Below are positions 1-5,907 of a stretch of 32,000 nt of DNA, piece after piece; the stretch's first letter is position 1; every line of letters starts with the position of its first letter. This DNA is from Candidatus Saccharibacteria bacterium oral taxon 488 (GTDB lineage Bacteria; Patescibacteriota; Saccharimonadia; Saccharimonadales; Saccharimonadaceae). The notes below the pieces were generated by a model. It was not told the origin of the DNA. It searched no databases and worked only from the letters and a program-made list of their open reading frames with translations. A program made the position numbers and the translations under genes. The stretch lies in NCBI GenBank assembly GCA_010202845.1, contig CP047921.1, positions 660,001 to 692,000 on the forward strand, given 5' to 3'.

Positions 1-378
1 AATGCAGCCGTTCTGGCAGATGAATTAAAGCGCGGCGGCCTGAAATTGGTAACAGGTGGCACCAGCAACCATCTAGTGTTGGCAGATATCTATGGCAGCT
101 TCGGCATTGATGGTAAAATTGCTCAGGAGCGGCTAGAGGCCAGCGGCATCACCGCCAACGCCAATGCCATCCCCAACGACACCCTACCGCCATTCCGTCC
201 CAGCGGCCTGCGCCTCGGCACGCCAGCGGTGACGACACGCGGCATGACGGAGGCGGAGGTCAAACAGATTGCCAAGTGGATTATCACAGCGATAACCGCA
301 GAGGACCCGACAGAATACACAAAAATCAGGCAACAAACCACTAGCCTTGCGGCGCGTTTTCCGCTACCATATAACTAA
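1..378 (+). CDS. glyA: Serine hydroxymethyltransferase, C-terminal part (5' end lies outside the window)
   Basis: The frame is open from base 1. The translation ...VTGGTSNHLVLADI...ITANANAIPNDTLPPFRPSGLRLGTPAVTTRGM... matches the conserved SHMT C-terminal blocks (GGTxNHL; NxNxxPxDxxxPFxxSGxRxGTPAxTTRG). Confidence 0.9.
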   Translation, partial: NAAVLADELKRGGLKLVTGGTSNHLVLADIYGSFGIDGKIAQERLEASGITANANAIPNDTLPPFRPSGLRLGTPAVTTRGMTEAEVKQIAKWIITAITAEDPTEYTKIRQQTTSLAARFPLPYN

Positions 379-392
379 TACTAAATAACTTG

Positions 393-496
393 GGGGGCAA
401 ATCAGAAATGATTTCTTCAAACAAAACTAAAGGTTTCACATTGGTTGAGCTCTTGATCGTGATCGTGGTCATCGCTATCTTGGCTGCTATTTCGAT
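393..496. repeat. Left arm of a perfect 104-bp inverted repeat (pilin 5'UTR/SD plus the first ~30 codons)
   Basis: Base-by-base comparison shows 393-496 is the exact reverse complement of 1262-1365. Identity ends abruptly at 497/1261. Confidence 0.95.
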
Positions 497-830
497 AGCA
501 GCATACAATGGTGTATCCAACAAAGCTCGAGACGGTGAAAGACTAGCCAGTGCACGCGACATCATCAACGCCGCCGCCGTGTATAACTCAGAAAAGGGTC
601 ATTGGCCGACAATAGCAGAGCTGGGGTCGTTCAATACCATCAAACTATCCGACCAGATAAAGAGTCGCCTCGGAACCACTGCACCAAGCCCAAGCGACAG
701 GAGTAAGTATAAGTACGAGCTATGTGGAACTGCGCCGGGCTTTACTGGCGCAAAAGTTACCTACTGGAAAGAGGTAATTGATGGACACGAGACTCACGAG
801 AAAACAGTAAGTAGTGGTAGCGGCTGTTAA
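408..830 (+). CDS. Type IV pilin (prepilin-type N-terminal cleavage/methylation domain), copy A
   Basis: MISSNKTKG|FTLVELLIVIVVIAILAAISIAAYNG is a class III signal peptide: short basic leader, Gly-Phe cleavage site, Glu at +5 and a hydrophobic helix. A G-rich SD (GGGGGG, 392-397) sits about 10 nt before ATG 408. The ORF track's TTG at 390 is less likely. A C-terminal Cys pair is present (C116...C146). Confidence 0.85.
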   Translation: MISSNKTKGFTLVELLIVIVVIAILAAISIAAYNGVSNKARDGERLASARDIINAAAVYNSEKGHWPTIAELGSFNTIKLSDQIKSRLGTTAPSPSDRSKYKYELCGTAPGFTGAKVTYWKEVIDGHETHEKTVSSGSGC

Positions 831-851
831 GAAAGTAACATGACACAGAAT

Positions 852-875
852 AAACCCCGGAACTAGCCGGGGTTT
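852..875. terminator. Bidirectional rho-independent terminator between the convergent pilin genes
   Basis: Perfect 9-bp stem AAACCCCGG / CCGGGGTTT with a 6-nt loop (AACTAG). It is flanked by an A-rich run upstream and a T-rich run downstream, so it reads as hairpin plus U-tract on both strands. Confidence 0.65.
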
Positions 876-909
876 ATTTATGTCCTTCCTATTTCCTAGT
901 ATAGGGATA

Positions 910-1350
910 TTATGAACACTTACCGCTTGTTACTTCTTGGACGTGGTTTGTGCCGTAGTCAACATCTTTCCAGTACTTAACCCGAACACCAGTCGCCTCG
1001 TTCTGATTGGTCGTAGTACCACCACCATCTTTACAGAATTCATATCCATAATGATTCTTGTCGGTTTCACTTGGAGCGTTAGCATCAGTTGCCGAAATCA
1101 CAGTACCCGGAACCTTAATGGTGTTAAACGAGCCAACCTCAGAGACAGTTGGCCACTTGTCTTTCTCTGAATTATATGATGCAGCCGCATTCACAAGGTT
1201 GCGCGCATTTGATTGACGCTCATCGTCACGTGCTTTTTGTGTCACACCATTGTACGCCACAATCGAAATAGCAGCCAAGATAGCGATGACCACGATCACG
1301 ATCAAGAGCTCAACCAATGTGAAACCTTTAGTTTTGTTTGAAGAAATCAT
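910..1350 (-). CDS. Type IV pilin (prepilin-type N-terminal domain), copy B
   Basis: MISSNKTKG|FTLVELLIVIVVIAILAAISIVAYNG. The same SD (GGGGG) and 5'UTR as copy A. The C-terminal globular part is diverged from copy A but alignable (SYNSEKDKWPT / FNTIK / YWK / SG.C). Confidence 0.85.
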   Translation of the reverse strand: MISSNKTKGFTLVELLIVIVVIAILAAISIVAYNGVTQKARDDERQSNARNLVNAAASYNSEKDKWPTVSEVGSFNTIKVPGTVISATDANAPSETDKNHYGYEFCKDGGGTTTNQNEATGVRVKYWKDVDYGTNHVQEVTSGKCS

Positions 1351-1365
1351 TTCTGATTTGCCCCC
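1262..1365. repeat. Right arm of the perfect 104-bp inverted repeat
   Basis: Exact reverse complement of 393-496. Confidence 0.95.
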
Positions 1366-1394
1366 TATTTTTAGTTAGTTATTATTGTAACTTG

Positions 1395-1423
1395 ATTGTA
1401 GCAAAGCGATTATAAAAGCGCAA
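1395..1423 (-). promoter_or_regulatory. Sigma70-type promoter for pilin copy B
   Basis: On the minus strand, TTGCGC - 17 nt - TACAAT, with TGc immediately upstream of the -10 (extended -10). It lies about 45 nt upstream of ATG 1350. Confidence 0.55.
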
Positions 1424-1463
1424 GCATTTTATGAATAATTCCCTGATTCGACTCACGTTGGCC

Positions 1464-1487
1464 ATAAAAACAGAGGTAGTACCTCAA
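1464..1487 (-). terminator. Weak candidate terminator after the minor-pilin operon
   Basis: On the minus strand, GAGGT-ACT-ACCTC (5-bp stem) followed by TGTTTTTA. The stem is short. Confidence 0.3.
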
Positions 1488-1537
1488 AGCACTTCCTGCT
1501 CGGAACAGGCGTTATCCACACGACCCACCCGAACCCG

Positions 1538-2203
1538 CTATGGACACGAGGCGCCGGCAGTGCCGTTTGCAGGAACATTGATTGACTTGATGAGGCGCTG
1601 GCTGGAGTACTGAATGTTTTCACCAGCAACGGTCTTGGTCACCCCGAGGCTGACCTTGAGTGTGCCGTCGTTGATCTTGCAGACCTTGAAATTAAGCACC
1701 GTACTCGTGTCGATAATCGTTTCGACTGCGCCGTTCAACTGCCAAATACGATCACTAGCGCTCGGGCATGAGCCGTCATACATTGTCTTGCGCTTGAGTT
1801 CCGAGCCGCTCTGGAAATACTCAGTGGTATAGGTCTTGGCATCAGCGATAGCAACCGCTCCCCACGCCACACCGCAATCACTTTTTTGGATCAGACGCCG
1901 CGTCGGGCTGTAGGGGTTGTCGCTAGTAGCGAGACTATGCATGCGTACATATGATGAGGTTGTTCCCTCAAGCGTAGTACTGAGCCGCACGTCCGCCTCA
2001 ATCCGATCAAGTGCCGTTAGCACATCGCTCTGTAGTTGTGACCTGGCACTAGTGATCATTGATGAGCCAGTAAGGTTGATAATTAGGCCGATGATACCCG
2101 CCAGCACCAAGATAATGACTGGCGCAATCGCCAAGATCTCGATCAGCGTAAATCCCCGGCTGCGCTGTCGCCGATTAGAATTAGCCCGAAATGTACGTCG
2201 CAT
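1538..2203 (-). CDS. Prepilin-type minor pilin / pseudopilin
   Basis: MRRTFRANSNRRQRSRG|FTLIEILAIAPVIILVLAGIIG carries the G-F-T-L-x-E prepilin motif. AGGAGG lies 8 nt upstream of ATG 2203, which is why this start is preferred over the ORF-track start at 2230. Confidence 0.75.
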   Translation of the reverse strand: MRRTFRANSNRRQRSRGFTLIEILAIAPVIILVLAGIIGLIINLTGSSMITSARSQLQSDVLTALDRIEADVRLSTTLEGTTSSYVRMHSLATSDNPYSPTRRLIQKSDCGVAWGAVAIADAKTYTTEYFQSGSELKRKTMYDGSCPSASDRIWQLNGAVETIIDTSTVLNFKVCKINDGTLKVSLGVTKTVAGENIQYSSQRLIKSINVPANGTAGASCP

Positions 2204-2594
2204 GCACCACCTCCTGCGCTGGCGTTCCATAAGTAATAATCACTGCGACGCGAATCACTGCGACGCTGTTTGGCACTTTACAATATTCGACTCGAGCACG
2301 TACTGGATCCGGCAATGTTGGCGTGGTCGGTGGTGTCACGTGTTCAGTCTTGACCGCACCGCTGCCACAAACTTCAGACACCGTTTTGTACAGGCCGCGT
2401 TCACGCAGAATGCTATATCCGATACTGGCGGCCTCCGACGTACGGCGAGCCTCAGTATTGCGCGCCAACACCGCCCCATACAGTTGGTAGCCGCTCATTA
2501 TAAAGATCCCGGCGATAATCAAGGTGATCATCAGTTCGACAACGGTGAAACCGCCCGCATGCTTTAGAGACGTTTGCTGTTGAGTACTTGCCAT
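2181..2594 (-). CDS. Prepilin-type minor pilin / pseudopilin
   Basis: MASTQQQTSLKHAGG|FTVVELMITLIIAGIFIMSGY carries the prepilin motif with Glu+5. AAGGAG lies upstream of ATG 2594. The gene overlaps both neighbours. Confidence 0.75.
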   Translation of the reverse strand: MASTQQQTSLKHAGGFTVVELMITLIIAGIFIMSGYQLYGAVLARNTEARRTSEAASIGYSILRERGLYKTVSEVCGSGAVKTEHVTPPTTPTLPDPVRARVEYCKVPNSVAVIRVAVIITYGTPAQEVVHATYISG

Positions 2595-3151
2595 TTACCC
2601 GGCTCCTTTGTTTCTAAATGATAAAAAATCGTATAGCGCCGACAGGCCGTACCTATCTCGTCACACACGCCACCGTAAACCCCAGCAATGTAGACGTACG
2701 CACCGTTCGGATAATTAGTAATCTTGGTGTTTTCGTAATCATCCTTCTTGGCAAACAGCTGACCCACGTTAGCGATCGGATTGACACCGAATGTACCGTT
2801 AATCGCCGAAATAAGGCGTTCTCGATCCAGTGGGCCGGTCTTGGCGGCACCACCCAGTTCGTCAAACGCCGCTGCAAACTGCGCCGCAGTCATCTTGCCA
2901 GCACCGCTGGCGCCAGAAACATACGCCGGATAGCCGCCAGCAGGCTTGATGACGTTACCGGCACTGTCACGAATTTCCCGTGGATAGACGCTCTCGAGGT
3001 AGTTCTGCAAGGCTAGTACATCGGCCTCACGCTCCTTATCGCGTGCCGCTGCCTGATAATTACGAAAACTTAATGTCGCGAGCACCAGCAAAATCGCCAT
3101 GACGGCAATAGCAATGATCAGCTCGACTAGCGTAAACCCCCGTCCCTTCAT
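2564..3151 (-). CDS. Prepilin-type minor pilin / pseudopilin
   Basis: MKGRG|FTLVELIIAIAVMAILLVLATLSF. The start is uncertain, with candidates at 3151, 3178 and a TTG at 3202. ATG 3151 gives the canonical short leader. Confidence 0.7.
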   Translation of the reverse strand: MKGRGFTLVELIIAIAVMAILLVLATLSFRNYQAAARDKEREADVLALQNYLESVYPREIRDSAGNVIKPAGGYPAYVSGASGAGKMTAAQFAAAFDELGGAAKTGPLDRERLISAINGTFGVNPIANVGQLFAKKDDYENTKITNYPNGAYVYIAGVYGGVCDEIGTACRRYTIFYHLETKEPGKWQVLNSKRL

Positions 3152-3198
3152 ACCCCCATCATACTCGGAAATATGCATAAGCGCAAGCGTTTTGGCGC

Positions 3199-4218
3199 TC
3201 AAATTTCCAACGGTTCTTGCTGGATCTGGATGTGGAACTTATCGTAGACTGACTGAATGATAGCGTCACGTGCCGCCGCCAGATCGTGGTAGCTGGTCGC
3301 CGACTCATTGATCAATACCAGCGCGTTCTTGTCGTGCACCCGCATGCCGTGAAGCAATGCCCCCTTGAGCCCAGCCTGCTCGATCAACCAGCCCGTTGGC
3401 ACCTTGTGTCGGCCGTCCGGCATATCATAGGATGGGGCATCTGGATACCGTTCACGAAGTTCATTCAGTTGCCATGATTCGATCAGCGCGTTCTTGAAGA
3501 ATGAGCCAGCATTAGGTCGCTCGGTCGGATCAGGTAACTTATCAAACCGAATCGCCATCACCGCGTCGCGGATCACCTGCGGCGTAAAGGTCGTGATATT
3601 CATGTTGGTCAAATACCGCTGGAGGCCGGCGTAAAATGGCGGTTTTGGCGCTGCGTGATGGAGCTTGATGGTAATTGAGAGAATGCAGTAGCGACCGCTC
3701 GCCTCACCGCGAAAAATACTATGCCGATACGAAAACCCGCACTCTGCCGCGCTCAAGGTTACCACCCGGTCAGTCAGTGAGTCGTACGCCTCTAGCTCAG
3801 TGAGCACATCAGCAACTTCCTGGCCATACGCACCGACATTTTGCACCGGCGCAGCGCCGGCTGTACCAGGGATGGCCGACATCGCCTCAATGCCGCTCAG
3901 TCCCATGGTAACTGTACGCTTAACCACCTCATCCCATATTTCACCCGCACCAACCTTGATCGTTGCCGTCTGACCATCATCAGTCAGCACTGCAAACCCC
4001 TTGATTTGATTGAGTAGCACCACCCCCTCAAACCCTTCGTCGCGAGCGATGATATTACTGCCGCCGCCGAGGACAAAGATCGGGATACCTTGCATCTTGG
4101 CACTCTTATATAACTCTCTGACTTCATTCACCGACGTCGCCGATGCCATAAAGCGTGCTGTGCCGCCGAGCCGCATCGTCGTATATTGTTGCAACGGAAT
4201 CTCTGTTCGTATCTCCAT
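3199..4218 (-). CDS. murB: UDP-N-acetylenolpyruvoylglucosamine reductase
   Basis: An FAD-binding PCMH-type N-terminus (YTTMRLGGTARFM...IPIFVLGGGSNII) and the MurB C-terminal domain (SAGSFFKN...GWLIEQAGLKG). ATG 4218 is chosen because TGaTATAAT sits 7 nt upstream. The longer ORF-track start (4278) would run into the tRNA gene. Confidence 0.9.
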   Translation of the reverse strand: MEIRTEIPLQQYTTMRLGGTARFMASATSVNEVRELYKSAKMQGIPIFVLGGGSNIIARDEGFEGVVLLNQIKGFAVLTDDGQTATIKVGAGEIWDEVVKRTVTMGLSGIEAMSAIPGTAGAAPVQNVGAYGQEVADVLTELEAYDSLTDRVVTLSAAECGFSYRHSIFRGEASGRYCILSITIKLHHAAPKPPFYAGLQRYLTNMNITTFTPQVIRDAVMAIRFDKLPDPTERPNAGSFFKNALIESWQLNELRERYPDAPSYDMPDGRHKVPTGWLIEQAGLKGALLHGMRVHDKNALVLINESATSYHDLAAARDAIIQSVYDKFHIQIQQEPLEI

Positions 4219-4225
4219 GTGATAC

Positions 4226-4234
4226 ATTATATCA
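4226..4234 (-). promoter_or_regulatory. Extended -10 (TGaTATAAT) for murB, 7 nt upstream of its ATG (leaderless geometry)
   Basis: The minus strand reads tagaaaTGaTATAATgtatcacATGgag. No SD lies between the box and the ATG. Confidence 0.55.
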
Positions 4235-4235
4235 T

Positions 4236-4264
4236 TTCTATTTCGGCGCGGTGCGTGGTATAAT
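4236..4264 (+). promoter_or_regulatory. Promoter for the tRNA-Arg pair
   Basis: TGgTATAAT (extended -10; the -10 is at 4259-4264) ends 10 nt before the tRNA 5' end. The -35 is weak (TTCTAT/TTTCTA). Confidence 0.5.
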
Positions 4265-4274
4265 ATCCTCGTGT

Positions 4275-4351
4275 GCACCCGTAGCTCAGTGGATTAGAGT
4301 ACTTGGCTTCGAACCAAGGGGTCGCAAGTTCGAATCTTGCCGGGTGTACCA
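4275..4351 (+). tRNA. tRNA-Arg (anticodon UCG), CCA encoded
   Basis: Manual cloverleaf: acceptor GCACCCG/CGGGTGT, D stem GCTC/GAGT, anticodon stem CTTGG/CCAAG with loop CT-TCG-AA, T arm GCAAG-TTCGAAT-CTTGC, then A73 and CCA. Confidence 0.85.
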
Positions 4352-4400
4352 TGAATTTCGCGCTTTCCCACCGGACCTTTTCCTATCAGCGCGTTAGTGT

Positions 4401-4476
4401 GCCCCGTTAGCTCAACTGGATAGAGCGTTGGTTTCCGGTACCAAAGGTTGCAGGTTCGATTCCTGTGCGGGGTACC
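4401..4476 (+). tRNA. tRNA-Arg (anticodon CCG), CCA encoded
   Basis: Manual cloverleaf: acceptor GCCCCGT/GCGGGGT, D stem GCTC/GAGC, anticodon stem TTGGT/ACCAA with loop TT-CCG-GT, T arm GCAGG-TTCGATT-CCTGT, then A73 and CCA. Confidence 0.85.
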
Positions 4477-4482
4477 ACTATA

Positions 4483-5871
4483 CTAGACGATACCCTGGTC
4501 GATGACGGGGTATTTTTGTTGGAATTCCTCAGTTGTTGGCAATGTCAACTTGCCATCCGTCATGTCTTTGATTTCACCTTGAAAATAATCATACGCCTCG
4601 TGTATCGACAGACTGGGGGTGATCATCTGCGGTAATTTATGGATGAAGTCCATTGCCCATATTATTGCTGGTGTATAGACGCCTTGTTCGCCTCCACTAA
4701 AACCTATCAGCGTTTCTCCGCTCAGAGACCGCATCAACTCATCATGAAATACTTTCGCTGATTGACACTTAATTTCTTCTTCGGTAACGGTCGTGAGGCG
4801 CTCTATCGTGGCATCAAACTCGCGCCGCGATTGTCGTTGCTGTTCTTCCCGCTCTAGTCGGTCGTGTGTCTCTTTCACACCATCGAACAGCTGCAAGAAA
4901 CAGTCCGCCAAATATTCATCAGTATGACTCTCACGCGCGTCCAATTGACCATCGTTAGTTTTTATGCCCATGCTAGTACGAACTTCCAGTGCGGCTCGCT
5001 CACGCTGTATTGCGTCATACTCTTGTTGGCACTCTTGGCACTTCTTGGCAAACATAAGGGCGTCCGAGTTATATCGCGGATCTCTAAATATAAACCGAAT
5101 AATATTATTGATAGTTATTATCTGTGCATCAAATCTAAAGTTAGGGTCGACTCTGCTCGTCTCCCAAAACCACTGCAGACTAGATACCACCGGTGACGGC
5201 TTGCTCGCTCGCGCCTTGTCAATAAGGTCGAGGTTAATGGTAATGTTGTCGGGGCGTTCATGTATTACCCGACTAAGTTGTTCTACCTGCCCCTCAAGCC
5301 ATTTTCTTTCAGTCAGTCGAAAGCCAATCGACCCAACCGCACCACCCACAACAGTCCCAGCTGTCGTCAGAAATGGCTCGCCAGAACCTAGCCATGACAT
5401 ACCTCCACCAGCGACAAAGCCGCCAAATCCGAGAGCACCCATATCCCGTAGTGTTAGCCTAGTATGTCGATCTTCCCGAGCTATATCTTCAAGTTGCTCG
5501 ACAATATTCACGAGCATAGGATCTTGGCATATGGTAACAAAGCCATGGTTGGAGATGCGGCCGTTATATTCAACCATCTCAGACCCGGGGAGATCAAGAA
5601 AACACCCCCCTACAATTACCCCGTCCGCGATAACAAAACAGGAGTCCTGCACCTCTCTTGAAAGCTTCGGGTCAACCAATTCTCCATCCTCTAGCACCTT
5701 AATAGGTGTTAATATCTCCACACCCCCTCGCGGTATGGCACGACGTGTCCGCTGGGTTAGTTGCCCACTTTCATCAATAAAACCACCCTCCACAAGCCCC
5801 TCGATTGAACGAGGTGACTGCTCTTTCATCTCATTTCCGTGCCCGAAAAAATCCATACCGCTCTTAGCCAT
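4483..5871 (-). CDS. Hypothetical protein with a central glycine-zipper-like hydrophobic segment (orphan)
   Basis: A long uninterrupted ORF. ATG 5871 (MAKSGMDFF...) is preferred because TTGCCA-16-TATAAT lies 6 nt upstream. The central segment is GALGFGGFVAGGGMSWLGSG...TTAGTVVGGAVGSIGF. The C-terminal half is charged and coiled-coil-like. I recognise no family motif. Confidence 0.6.
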   Translation of the reverse strand: MAKSGMDFFGHGNEMKEQSPRSIEGLVEGGFIDESGQLTQRTRRAIPRGGVEILTPIKVLEDGELVDPKLSREVQDSCFVIADGVIVGGCFLDLPGSEMVEYNGRISNHGFVTICQDPMLVNIVEQLEDIAREDRHTRLTLRDMGALGFGGFVAGGGMSWLGSGEPFLTTAGTVVGGAVGSIGFRLTERKWLEGQVEQLSRVIHERPDNITINLDLIDKARASKPSPVVSSLQWFWETSRVDPNFRFDAQIITINNIIRFIFRDPRYNSDALMFAKKCQECQQEYDAIQRERAALEVRTSMGIKTNDGQLDARESHTDEYLADCFLQLFDGVKETHDRLEREEQQRQSRREFDATIERLTTVTEEEIKCQSAKVFHDELMRSLSGETLIGFSGGEQGVYTPAIIWAMDFIHKLPQMITPSLSIHEAYDYFQGEIKDMTDGKLTLPTTEEFQQKYPVIDQGIV

Positions 5872-5877
5872 ATGCCT

Positions 5878-5905
5878 ATTATACAATAATAAATTATATT
5901 GGCAA
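5878..5905 (-). promoter_or_regulatory. Promoter of the orphan 462-aa gene (leaderless geometry)
   Basis: On the minus strand, TTGCCA - 16 nt - TATAAT - 6 nt - ATG(5871). It sits in the 36-bp gap after the Clp-like gene's stop. Confidence 0.55.
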
Positions 5906-5907
5906 CT

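Noticed and set aside
390-407. TTG start at 390 for pilin copy A (ORF-track start)
   Set aside because: It would add MGGKSE in front of the leader, and its codons are the G-rich SD itself. The identical 5' module in copy B starts at the ATG (MISSNKTKG), so ATG 408 is preferred.
1917-2567. 216-aa plus-strand ORF across the minor-pilin genes
   Set aside because: It is antisense to two genes with clear prepilin N-termini and SDs. It spans their junction, and its sequence is Arg/Ser-rich without motifs.
4275-5907. Integrated mobile element at the tRNA-Arg genes
   Set aside because: The orphan gene next to the tRNAs looks compositionally different. But I found no repeat of the tRNA 3' end flanking it, no integrase or recombinase, and no other phage or plasmid genes. 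An island call is therefore unsupported, and it is reported only as an orphan gene.
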